DNA of 59,893 bases, counting the filler, from Sluysia triapertura (taxonomy: Eukaryota), in the NCBI GenBank assembly GCA_046118255.1. It is 5 parts of 5 records of this genome, joined end to end, with 100 filler letters (N's around TTAATTAATTAA, not from the genome) between each part and the next. Parts side by side here need not be neighbours in the genome. Positions count along the whole stretch, not along the records: positions 11,641 to 24,155 come from JBJNIA010101990.1; positions 24,256 to 36,363 come from JBJNIA010138837.1; 3 more parts are not named here. The stretch is one strand, 5' to 3'. A program made the translations under genes and the position numbers. This document shows, one piece after another, positions 13,058-25,442 of this stretch (within the stretch, counting starts at the first letter, position 1; the number at the start of each line of letters is the position of its first letter). Under the pieces are notes generated by a model. The model was given only the letters and a program-made list of their open reading frames with translations, was not told the origin of the DNA and ran no database searches.

Positions 13058-14374
13058 AAGATGAGGGGATTGTTTGTTATAAATCCCATTATCTTTAGAT
13101 AATTGGAATGATAATAAAGTTGAACATATATGGAAACTGCTGTCGAAATTTAGTCGGCTTATTGCCGACTTAAAGAAAATCGACAGTTTAATTTCTGTCT
13201 GATTCGATTTGACTTTTAATTTCATTAATTGCCATAAAAACTGCTTTATAAGCAGTTACATTTCTGCAATTAAAACAGAAACAAAAGCGACATTAAGACG
13301 GAGTAAAGAAAAATCGAATTAACTTTTCCACTGCAGAGAAACTGCTTTAGTTCATCTGTGAATAACGGTGACACTAAAGTTATTTCTTTAGTAATTGACT
13401 AAAATAAACCATTTTCACTTTTTATTTTATCCTAATGAACAATTATAATTATTTTACTGGATTCGCCTATAATCTAAGATTCATATCTCCCGAAAGACTT
13501 AGTTATAGGAAGTAATATGTCAGTGCTACGAAATAGTCTTTAGTTTTGATGCTATTTATTTGTCAATATAATGGAGGGTCTCTAGTTTATTCTAGAAGTT
13601 AATTTTTCAAGTAATTAATATATTATTTTATTCTTTGACTAAAACACTAATTACTTTTTTTTAATGCAAAAACTCAATTATCCTATTAATATATATTATA
13701 GACAAAACTAAATAAATTGTTTACAAAAGTTAAATATAATCAATAATAATATACGTTTTAGGATTTCTCCTAAGAATTAGATCAATAAACAAAATTTAAA
13801 TATGATTTTAACCCAGGTGAATACTTGGGCTTTGGAATGATTACGTGATTTTAAGTATATTTTGACACAGACAATCGCTGTGAATAACTTAAAATAAATA
13901 GCTTACGATTTAACAAAAATAGAACTGTTTGAATAATTGAAATCCCAATTTCTCGAAACGTTATTCCAGATCGGTTTTGATAGCGGATATACTTTTCACT
14001 GACTGTTTTAAAATCAATTAAATTCAATTGAAGTTTATAATAACTTTAATATAGTAAATAATTGTATCGTTGTATCATTTTATATGACGAATTTTCCTAT
14101 TTAATTGTGCATTATTTATTAATAATTTTCGCCTTTAAATTAAGACATTAGCAGATTTTAAAGGATTATTTAAAACAAGCCCATAAAATAATGGAAAATA
14201 AATTAAATTATACAGTTGTAATATAAAATAAATAATTTTTATTATTTGTTTTCGCTGGCTATTTTAAATAAACGTTTAAAATCTGACTTTTCAAGTCCTT
14301 TTTAAATAAAGACATAAAATACCTTTTTAAATTAAACATTTGGATCTTATCGTAGCAAATTTAACAGTCAGATT
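13058..14374 (+). ncRNA. Candidate structured RNA region, family unknown
   Basis: More than ten inverted-repeat stems, several nested, with G-U pairs only in + sense; no long ORF in the track. Confidence 0.35.
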
Positions 14375-14812
14375 ATATTGTGATAATTATAAAAAAAATA
14401 TAATATTCATTTTTATGCTTTCCCAGTATTCAATAACTATTGAGTTTTACAATTAAACATTTTCTTATAAAATATAAAATGATAATTAATATTTAACGCA
14501 GAAGTTACGCAAAAGCGCTTACTGACGTGACCTGCACTTAAAGGATTAATTTACATTCTTAAATTTCAATAAGTTTAGTAATTGTAAATATTTAAAACAA
14601 TGGTATATAAACTATTTTTCTTTATCCATACTAAATTTGAAACTAGTAGTTACACATTTAATTGATCATAATATTTAATAGTTTATAATGTAATTTTCTG
14701 ATTTTAAATACATAAACATAGCAATAAAACATAAAAATAATATAAATATTTTTTATAGTAAGGTATGATGTTATGTGATTTTTGTTATTATGTTTAACAT
14801 TAAACATTCTAT

Positions 14813-15278
14813 ATGACCAGTAGTGTTGAAGTAGTTTTAGGCCCTAATGAAATTATAGATGAAAATGTGGATATATTTACTAAGCGGCCTCATACACCTA
14901 ACATCCCTTATTCTAATTTTACAGATGAACAAATAGCTAATATAGATCAGAATCGGTCTGCGTTTTTCAATGTTCCAAAACCAATACCTGAATTAGATTA
15001 CGTTTCACATAGACGCAAGAAAGTCGACTTTGACTATACATCAGATGAACCGGAATGTCGTTCTATAAAACAACACACTCAATCTCGAGCTGGTGCTTAT
15101 ATTTCGTGGTGTACTAAATCGGTTCCTGATGAATTTGTAGTTAAACATTATTGCTGTGAACCAAGAGAAAAATTTACCGGTATTGATGCAAGTCGTCGGC
15201 CGCCCACAAACAGAGCAGGAAATATAATAATGAAATATGGTAGACCAAATCGTGATTATTATGCTCCAAAATTTCCTT
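14813..15278 (+). CDS. Uncharacterised protein, coding exon 1
   Basis: 155-codon open frame with ordinary protein composition in a very AT-rich background; donor T|GTTAGT at 15279. Confidence 0.8.
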
Positions 15279-15378
15279 GTTAGTTTTCCATTTTTAATAT
15301 GAAATTATGTTAGAAGTTTTGTGTTTGTTTGGTTTGGAATTAATACGTAGCAAAATTTATTTTTAATATAATGTTTAG

Positions 15379-15698
15379 CGGATACAACTTGGTTTATGTC
15401 TAATCATCTATTGAATCGTTGTGGTACATTTGAATATTATCCTCCAAGTACTTACGCAGAGTATTTTCAACGTGAACAGGAAGATAAAGATTACATTAAT
15501 AAAGTTAAAGTCAAATATCCAGCTACAACTGAACATATTAATAAGTATACATTACATGAAAAATCTCCCCTTAAGTGGAAATTGTTAGATATTGCATTAC
15601 GTTTAAAAGAGAAATTGATAATTTTAAGACTAATTTTAATAATTTATAATTTTCAACAAATAAAAATCCGATTTTACAAGATCATATCCGTTTTATAG
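15379..15698 (+). CDS. Uncharacterised protein, coding exon 2
   Basis: Acceptor TGTTTAG|CG. A 100-nt phase-1 intron (15279-15378) joins both ORFs in frame: ...YYAPKFP-S-DTTWFMSNHLL... The C-terminal ~30 aa look AT-drifted, so the 3' end is uncertain. Confidence 0.75.
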
Positions 15699-16247
15699 TT
15701 TGCATTATTTATGAAAATTATGCATAATAACTTTGCTTATACATTGTGTTACCTTGTAATTATGTAGTTGATTTATTCGATTAAAGTCATTGTTAATGCC
15801 GTTGATGTTAAAAAAATGTGTAAAGAAATTACATTCGGAAAACGTTGAAAAGTGGTTCAATTCGAAAATCTTCTTCTTTAAGCAAGCCAATAATGTTTTG
15901 GCTATTTCAGTAGAGGATATTTTTAAAGTAGATCGCTTTGTATCAGCAGATTTTTACATAACCGTTATTTAATGAATTTCTAGACTTTGAAATACTTTAA
16001 CGTTCTAACATAATTGACTTAAACTTAAGAAAAGATTGTTAAGTGTCGTTTAGATTAGTGACTAATCACAGAACACAATCATTCACCCTTAATTGAAAAG
16101 ATCTGCTTACATATTTGTAAACGTGGAATAACACCAAATTCAGAGATGGTTCCAAAATTTAACAAAAGCCAATAGCAAATAAAAACAACCATTTTTTAAA
16201 ATGTAACAAAAATTGACTGTAAGATCATACAGTTTCTTTGAAAAAAA

Positions 16248-16249
<2 letters not shown>

Positions 16250-16303
<54 letters not shown>
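16250..16303. repeat. (AAT)n microsatellite
   Basis: Direct reading. Confidence 0.95.
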
Positions 16304-16714
16304 TGAAAAATTAAATAAAGTAGTAATTTTTAAATAAAATAAATTTTAGTAAGAAAATAAAATTTTCATATTATTAATGATGTGATTTATTGTGTAAAAC
16401 GTATATTAAAAAGTTCGCCTATGATACGAGTCTTACATAAGTAAGGGACCGACCACGGAATTTAAATGCAAAACAGTTCAATTGCAACTAGCTCAGGGTT
16501 TTATGTTTAGAATAACTCCAAAATAGGTTTATTGAAAGATATATCTTAATTATTGGATTAGTGTTGAGTTTAGAAGTGGATAAATATTCTATTTCTACTA
16601 TCCTTCTTTAAAATAGGACGTGAAAATAATAGAATATAATATTTTCTAAATTTAAAGTTACTAAACATTAAAAGTTTAAACATTAAAGTTACTAAACATT
16701 AAAAGTGTGTTTAA

Positions 16715-16926
16715 CCACTTAAGCATCTCGAACGAAACCATCTCGCGCATCAAATGTGTTCCGATTTGCGCTATCCCGAGTACTTCTCGCCACTTATAAA
16801 TATTATGTTTATATTTTTATCTGGAGCGATACCTTCTTCAAGTTTTTTGATTTCTACTTTATCAATGTTATAAAAAAACCCTACTTTTTTGACGTCATTT
16901 CACAGAAAAACCCTCGCATTAAGTGG
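16715..16926. mobile_element. piggyBac-type MITE (212 bp)
   Basis: TTAA|CCACTTAA...TTAAGTGG|TTAA: terminal inverted repeat with TTAA duplication; interior is GC-richer than the flanks. Confidence 0.7.
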
Positions 16927-18551
16927 TTAATTGATTTTTATAATTTTCTTTATCTGTTACATCTAGTCCAAGAATGGAAACCTTAGACTAATAATAGATC
17001 CATGGATATTATTTATTAAATTGTTTCAAGAGCAACAAATGAATTTTTTTATTAAATATTAATACAAGTAACAAAATATTTAAATAACAATATTGAGAAA
17101 TCCAAAATTTGAAAATTATCTATTATTTTATAAAGTTAATTTTCATAATTTAATTTTATCGACAGAAAGACCTCTTTATGAAAGTAAGTACTACTGGAAA
17201 AGTTTGAAAAAAAAAGTGAAAATAACTTACGAAAATATGTTCTGAATTTTTCAGATATTCTAATAATTAGGTATACACGTTAACATTAATCTAAACATTA
17301 TGAAAAACATTAATTTAAAAATTTTAAAATTTCATTATTTAAATTTTTGTTATCCACTAAGAAATTGTTGAAAATTTATTATTAAATTACCATGTTAACA
17401 TAAAATTAGAATTAACAATATTTACCGTAAAATTATTAAACAAAATATATAAATCAGAAAATTATCTCAAAAAATTATAACTACTTTTAATATATTACTA
17501 ATATATGAACTCGACGAAAATAATGAAAAAAAAACAAAAATTAACATTCAGTGAAATAACCCATAATACTAGGATAGTATTAGCTGAAAAAATGTCTTTA
17601 ATTTGATGTGGTAAAAAAAATAACTAAAAATAAATATACGAGAATATAAGAGAAAAGTGAGTGTGAGAATGAGAGTGAGAATGACGATGAAACAACATAT
17701 AAGGATTTAAAATTAATGCATATAAAATGAGTTCTAGAGAGATACAATATATAGCATGGATTAAATGTAGAAAATTCTATAATTGAGGGCTTAATATTGA
17801 TGACAAATGAAGCGTAGAAAATGTGACAATCTAAGATTAAGACAGTTCTCTCTTTTTTTTGTTTCTCTTGTTCATATATGTAGAAAATGATGCTGTTATT
17901 ATTGCTGTTTCTAGTATTATTATTATTATTATTACTACTACTACTATTGAAATCTATTTTAATGTGTGTATTTGCCTGTAAAAATTTCTTGGAATAAAAA
18001 CCTAATTTAACGACAATTGTGAAATTAATGCTTTGTCAATATAGATTTATTTTACACATTAAATTATTGTGAACTTGAAATAAAACAAAACAATACATAC
18101 ATAATAGATAAACAAACAGTTGTTTAAAGTTGGATTTTCACGTTGATTTTTATTTAGTTAATAAAAATGAATTATTTTTTATTTATTTATTTATTTATTT
18201 ATTTTTGTTCGATTTTTTTGTTGCCTCTTTAATCTCAATAGGTTTCATATTTGATAAATGTTACTATGATGATCATACAAACATAGAGAAATAATAATAG
18301 TAGTAATATTAGCAGTAAATTCCCAAAAGATGATGCGTGAAACTCACACAGCTCACAAAATAGTTGACCGTTGATTTTCGAAGGGATATTGATGATGAAT
18401 TTTGATAAATAACATCGTATTAAGTGTCAACAGTCAAATTTTATTTAAACTAAAATTATGCAGAAATAGTTTTTTAAGCTGTTGTGTGTTTTATTTTTTT
18501 ATTTTTTATTTCTTTTAGTAATATTACGGCATTTATTTATTATTTACTTAC

Positions 18552-19204
18552 TTGAATAACTCTCATTGTCAGTCCTGTATCTTGAGCTAATTGTTCTCGA
18601 ACATGTCGTGTTGGTTTGGGCGTAGCTGCGAAAGCAGCTTTTATAGTATCTAATTGTTTTGCTTTAATAGTCGTTCTTGGACCACGTCGTTTTGTGCCAT
18701 TTCCACCTCCAGATTGAACACTGTCTCTAGATTCTGGAAGACACATTGATTGTTGATCATCTTGATAACTGTCGTCTGAAACATTTCCATCTTGACCTTC
18801 TTGACTATCATCTTTCATAGGACCACAGTCAGTTGACGAAGTAGGAGAAAATGATGATTTTAAATCATCATCCAAACTGCAAATTTCACCAACATCTCGA
18901 TCAGAATTTTGTTGTTGACCGTCATCTCCTTTCTTAGAATCTCCTTGATCTGGAGTGAGAAGTTGTGATTCGGAAGAATGATTATCCATAGGGAGATTGT
19001 GTAAGTGATGATGGGGATGATTTATTTGAGGTTGTTGAATGATAAGATTTGTATTGGAGGGTTGGAATAAATGTGCTTTTGTTGTAGAAAGAAATTCTGA
19101 AGGATCTTCAATTGGAATATTTGTAGTAAAATGATGAGTTAAAAAACTTGGTTCATTTCCTGGTCCGATGAGTTTATTGGAACCAAGTTCAGAAGATATA
19201 TGAT
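18552..19204 (-). CDS. Lhx1: LIM-homeobox Lhx1/5 (Lim1/lin-11 family) internal exon: LIM-HD linker and homeodomain helices 1-2
   Basis: Acceptor TTTTAG| at 19205; open 653-nt exon; [47 protein letters not shown] is the Lhx1/5 signature; donor GTAAGT at 18551 at the conserved IQ|VWFQN intron site. Confidence 0.93.
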
Positions 19205-19271
19205 CTAAAATTAAATTGGCATAATTTTATAAACAATATTATAAAGCATTAATATTTTAAATAAATACAAA

Positions 19272-19306
<35 letters not shown>

Positions 19307-19662
19307 ATGAATAGATAAAATAAAATATTAAAAAATATCACGATAATTGCTAACTTAAATTAAATAAAGTCTATTTTATAAAGAATTAAAACAATGTGTT
19401 AATATAATGTATAAAAAAAATATCCAAATGATAATAAATTTGACAATTTTTATTTTATAAATACTAAATATTTAAATTTTATGTATTATGAAAAGTTATT
19501 TTTCTATCAATAAAAGTTCAATGAACTATTTTACAACTACTCTAATAGGAATTCTTATTTGTTGACATGTTTCTTTTCGCTGTTTCTGGTATTATGGAGC
19601 CTATATGCTTCAATAAACATTGATGACGGGTTTTTTTCTTGCAGAAATGTTTTATTTTAAAT

Positions 19663-19663
<1 letters not shown>

Positions 19664-19727
<64 letters not shown>
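19664..19727. repeat. (AAT)n microsatellite
   Basis: Direct reading; explains the poly-Asn ORF 19620-19826. Confidence 0.95.
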
Positions 19728-22700
19728 TTTGGTTATAAATATGCGAATAAATATGCTTCAATTCTAGTGAATTTATTTGTATGCATTAAAATATGGAAGT
19801 TTTATTTTTATTTTACAATTAAATAGATTCTTAATAGGTTTTGTCCTTTATAATATATTACAGACAATATTTTAGATAATTTAGATTTATTTGAAAGTGA
19901 TGAATGTATTCAATCAATTAGTAACACTTTTTTGGTATGCTTTTTCATCGACCATTTAATATATTATCTCTTATTACTGAGTTTATATTATAATAAGTTT
20001 ATATTAACTGACAGATTTGAAATACGTCATTTATTTCTAACACTTATTTATCTTATTAGTTCTTCATTCTTATTAATTCTTGAATTTTCCAATTTTCAGA
20101 ATTTTTAACCTTTTCTTTGGCATTATTAGTATAATTATCACAAACCTTTAAAATCATAAATTTTCTAAAGAAAAGAATTTTCTAGAAAATTCTAGAATTC
20201 TAATTGATTTTGATTGGTTAATCAATTTACAGTCATACTTTGATTTTACATTATAAAAATGAATTTGTAAATTTTTCAACATTAAGGTAGTTTTGCCGAT
20301 ATGAGTGATTTATTGAGGGAAAATTATTATTTAAATTTCAAGTTCAAATTAATTACTTAACAACTTTAAAATGTTTAGACATCTTGTACGATTTTTTATT
20401 TGATAAACATTGGTAAAAGTTAGTTACCTCGTTGATTTGTGAAACAAAATGTAAGATTATAACATTTATAAATTAAAGATACAATATATAATCTTGCCAT
20501 TACATTAGATATAAAGTAAATTAAAATCCATTTTATAACTTTAAATTGATCAAGCATTAGGAAGAGTTAAAGTTTTGAGGCTAATTTGCCCATTGTAACT
20601 GAACCCAGCAAAAGTTTATTTTTTCTTAGGCTTAAATCTTGTTTTCTTACATATTTTTTCACATAAAAATTAAAATAAGAAATTCAAACATAAATCAATT
20701 AATCTTTCAATTTAATATCAGAAATTAATATTAATAAAGTAGTGTCAATTAATAACAAATTTAATATAAAGGTTTAACTACTATTAAAAAGACAATAAAT
20801 AAAACCATACTTATTTTGACAATATTATATTTTTAATTTCAACTTAAAGCACTTAAATTCTTTAATAACATTTAAATAGTAAAATTTAAAGTGTTTATTA
20901 CAGAAATAATTTAATGGTACTTATTTTGCCAAATTTAAATTACCAGCTGATAAATTTTATAATTTATACTTGTAAAATATTATTTCAAATAAAATTTTTT
21001 TTACAATTTTATATATATTATTGTGCGTAAAAAAGCAGCATAAAAAAAGTAATAATATTAAACATGAATAATAAATATTTAAATAAAGCTAAATTTATAC
21101 CTAATTAATATTAATATAATTAAATTTATTTATTTAATTTAAAATATTTTCGAAAACGATTTAGTTTTTGTTGATTAATGATGCAAAATTTTATTTTTGC
21201 AATTATTCATTAAACTATAAAAAACTAATTATACCAGCAATATTCACTTTATTTCGATTTCCGGATAAAGCAAGCAAGTTTAATAATTATTTTAATAATC
21301 TATTTTAATCATCGCTATCATTATTAGTTAAATTCAATAGAGGGCAGTAATTACATGCTTTGTAAAATGGATATATTTAATTTCGGAACCGTAATCATCA
21401 TCAATTATGAATTAAGTATCAATTTAAAAAGTTAAATAAGTTGATATTTTGAATTCATTAGCACAGCTGTGAACGCTTATAAAACATATCTTAGGTAAAA
21501 ATATTTATTGAATAAATCAAATGAGGTTTAAATATGAAGTTCGACTATATAAATTATATATTCCAGTAATGAGAAAATATATATATTTACATTAAAATTT
21601 AATTATATAGAAATTAATACTAAAATCTAATTTGATAAAAATAGTTAAGATCTAAACCGTTAATTTTATTACATGACTTCACACATAAACACACCACATC
21701 TCTTATATAATCTTTAAAAAACATGTAACACCATAATAAACTTCGCATAACCTTTTATGTCACATTATACACTTTCCAATATGTGAATAATGTCCACTAC
21801 AAAAGAGCACTTAAAACCCTTATTATTATTATTTATTTTTATTATTCATACTATTTATTTTATCTAACCAAAATTATCTTACCAAAGGAGTTACAAAGTG
21901 AACTCTCCAATGTTATAATCTTTGACCTTATAAAATTTTATGCATCCTTCTGAAGCATATTGTTTCATGTTACCAATAAATTTGTATGCACTTATTTAAT
22001 GAGGTTGATTTATTAATTATCCTATGAATAAAAAAAAGTCATAATTTGAACTTAAAAATATAAAATAAAGTAGGTACAACCAACAAAGTTTACGTATTAA
22101 TTATATTAGATATATCAATACAACCAATTCTTGTAAATGTATCATAGATCTAATCAAAACAAAAATTAAAATAATGCATCTTTGTTTCCTATTACTAACT
22201 TGTTTTACAGAGTCTTTAATAGGTCTTAATAACTAAGATTTGTAACTGATATTTTTGTATGAATATTTTGTAATTTATGCATTTTTATACAATTTTTAGT
22301 TATGCATTTTAGACATATTGAAAGTATTTTTTTGTAATAATATATCAGAAAATTTTATAGTAAGATTTTAAAAAGATAAAGAAAAATATATTAAAAATAT
22401 ATTTTATATTCTAAAATTCGGTATTTACTAAAAATATATTTGTTTCTGTGTATGTGTAATGAAGTTAAAGAATTAGTGTTCACAAATCAAATAATAATTA
22501 TATTTAAAAAACAATTTATTAACTGCTCGGAGCAAGTTGAATATGACTTTTGATTCAACGAAGCTGGAAAAGTAATAAATTTAAAATTTCACTTATCAAA
22601 GTTATATATTTGAAGTTCATCAAATGATCTACGTAAACATACACTAAGTGTAGAAGAGATTTAGCTGAATGTAAATGTCTTTAATGTTATACCAATTTAA

Positions 22701-24155
22701 AAACCTTAAAGGTAATTAAAATTGAAATTGAAGAGTTAGAGTTACAGAACAACAAAATCATAAACTTATCAAAGAATCATTTCAAAGTTTCAAAGGCCTT
22801 TCAATTTATTTGCTAATTTATTTTATATTCGATCATCTTATAACTTTATCACTGTGTTAAAAAAATTATTACATTAAAAATAAAATACATCTTTTGAATG
22901 ATGATTATGTCAATTAAAATTATTAAAGTTAATTTTAAGTAAACTTTATTATCAAGCAATTTTTGGCCTAAATTTAAATTTAATTAAAAAATCTCTACAA
23001 CTGAAAATGTCCATCCATAATAAGTTCTAGTCTATCTAGAATTTTATTAGGTGATCATAAAAGGAAAAAAAACTCTATGTCACTACCATAATAACAGCAA
23101 TTGCAATATCAAGTTATTTAATACTGTTTCTGTGATAATAAACTTTTGTTTTTCTTATTATGCTCTCGATATCCCACTTAAATGATCGTAATTTAAAATT
23201 ACTTAAATTAATGCAAACGTTTAAGTCGAATTTAAGTCGCGATTTTGAACCTATCAAATTATATAATACTTAAATTTATCACTAACAAAGAACAATAAAT
23301 GACATTAAAAGTTATATAGATTCGGAGATGAACATGTGATAAAATTATATAATTACATTCTCGAAAAACACAATTACAAATTAAAAAAGTAACATATTAG
23401 AAAATTTATTAATAAGTTTGGCAAAACATATTTCATTAATGTATGTTATCATACTGATTTATTAAAATAGCTTTTGGTATTAAATCAATAATAAGACCTC
23501 TTAAGAAGACTTACACCAGTTACCAATAAAGTCAAGAATACAGTAAAAATCATTATGCTTATTTAAAAATTGAGATAAATCGTCCAGAAATGAAAATTAA
23601 TAATTCTTGAGTTACATATCATTGTATACATAATATACAGTGTTTTACTACTTGGATTTCAACGAACTGACGAAACACTAAAATAAGACTTACTTTTTAA
23701 AATATTTTTGAAGACTGTATTAAAAGCACTTTTGAGTACTTACTTAATAGTAGATTTTAATGTTATATAAATTATTAGAGCAAACTAAAACTTTAAAAAT
23801 AAAATCAAAAATTGTTGCATTATAACTTTGTTATAATGTAAGTTAACATTTTAATAATTGTTGATATTAAATATCGTGAGAAATTCGTATACATGTAGCT
23901 GCTATGATTTAGCCAAATTTGATTATTGTTACAAATCTAAAAAAATGTTTCAAAATGATTCATGGAGCAATATAACAAATATTACATTTACAGAGATAAA
24001 ATAATGAATGGATATTATATCAATGTTAACTTTTTAATTTTATGATATGGATTTTAATTTTATGGATTTTTAATTTTATGTTATATGGATTCAAAAATGA
24101 ACATGGAAGAAAATATTAATTGTATTGTTAAAAAGTGTAAATATCAATTAAGTAA

Positions 24156-24255
24156 NNNNNNNNNNNNNNNNNNNNNNNNNNNNNNNNNNNNNNNNNNNNT
24201 TAATTAATTAANNNNNNNNNNNNNNNNNNNNNNNNNNNNNNNNNNNNNNNNNNNN
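24156..24255. other. Artificial contig spacer
   Basis: 44N-TTAATTAATTAA-44N. Confidence 0.97.
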
Positions 24256-24337
24256 ATAGCTCAGTGGTAGAGCAGTCGAACTGCGCAGCGATGGTCCCGG
24301 GTTCGATCCCCGGTCAGTCCATTTTATGAAGTTAACA
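24256..24337 (+). mobile_element. tRNA-Ala-like short element, 5' end lost in gap
   Basis: A box TAGCTCAGTGG, B box GGTTCGATCCC, then TCAGTCCA-TTTT and end GTTAACA; near-identical to 34802-34898. Confidence 0.85.
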
Positions 24338-25295
24338 ACAAGGTCAAGCCTAAACTAATATAAATAACATTCAAAATCACAAAAACAACACATAAATTTT
24401 TAAATTTTATCGAAAGTTTTGTCAACTTTATTTCAAGAATGTCTAATTCTTTGGAAAAAAAATCCTAATCATCTTGCGAAAACATACTTTAGATATTTTT
24501 GGGATTATCTTTAGTTTGTTTTTGCTTAAGTTAAGGTACATTTTACGTACAGATTAAATTTCACTTAATATAACTTTAAACTACTTCAGAACCATTTAAA
24601 AGGTTCGATGTAAAATCAGTGATTAAACTTTTTGATTTTTAAGATTAATTCCAAAATTGTTGATCTTATAAATCTTTAAAGAAAATGCTTAACCTTAACT
24701 ATTATTTTTTGTAACAAGTTTTTATCTAATTTTATATAAAAATAAACATTATTTATTTATTAGATTTGTTACTTTAAACCTGATTAAAATCCTTTGTATT
24801 TGTTTCACAAAAGCTGATTTTTAATATCAGAAAGTGAAAATTTTCAAGTTTCTTGATTCAGTTTAACAGAATCAACGCAAAATCCCTTATACATTTATAA
24901 TTACTTTAGAACACATTAAAATATTAATTAACGATCCTATTTAAGAAGGATCATTCATAAATTATATAGTTTCAAGTTTTTTCAAATTACTGCAAACTAA
25001 TGAATTCTATAGATCCTATTTGAGAAGGATGTCTCGTAAAATTTGATCTAATAAATTAAACGATCAATTAATGAGTTTAAACCTCATTATATCAAATAAG
25101 TAAAATTTGTAATACTCAATAATTCATACAATTGCTTACAAATCTTAATAAGAAGTCCCACTAAAAGAGGTTAATAATACATTTGAGATTAAGTTTAACC
25201 TCCCTTAATTTCACGTTATTATTTCTTTTAAATCAAACGGTAAGCCTAGATACGTTGGTGGATTCACTATTTACTTTTATTCTGTAAGGTAAATT

Positions 25296-25442
25296 NNNNN
25301 NNNNNNNNNNNNNNNNNNNNNNNNNNNNNNNNNNNNNNNNNNNNNNNNNNNNNNNNNNNNNNNNNNNNNNNNNNNNNNNNNNNNNNNNNNNNNNNNNNNN
25401 NNNNNNNNNNNNNNNNNNNNNNNNNNNNNNNNNNNNNNNNNN
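25296..25442. other. Ordinary N gap (147 N, no linker)
   Basis: Direct reading. Confidence 0.97.

Noticed and set aside
13466-13509. Minimal hammerhead ribozyme
   Set aside because: Core reads CTAAGA rather than CTGANGA, and stem II cannot form.
12895-14550. Degenerate rRNA or mitochondrial insertion
   Set aside because: Only two loose word matches (GAACTTGACG..CGCACAA; GTGAC..GCA..GGATTAA); the universal motifs and their order are missing.
19620-19826. Poly-Asn ORF
   Set aside because: Produced by an (AAT)n microsatellite.
24256-24325. Functional tRNA gene
   Set aside because: Anticodon stem does not pair in canonical register, U33 is absent, and copies are diverged and share non-tRNA flanks.
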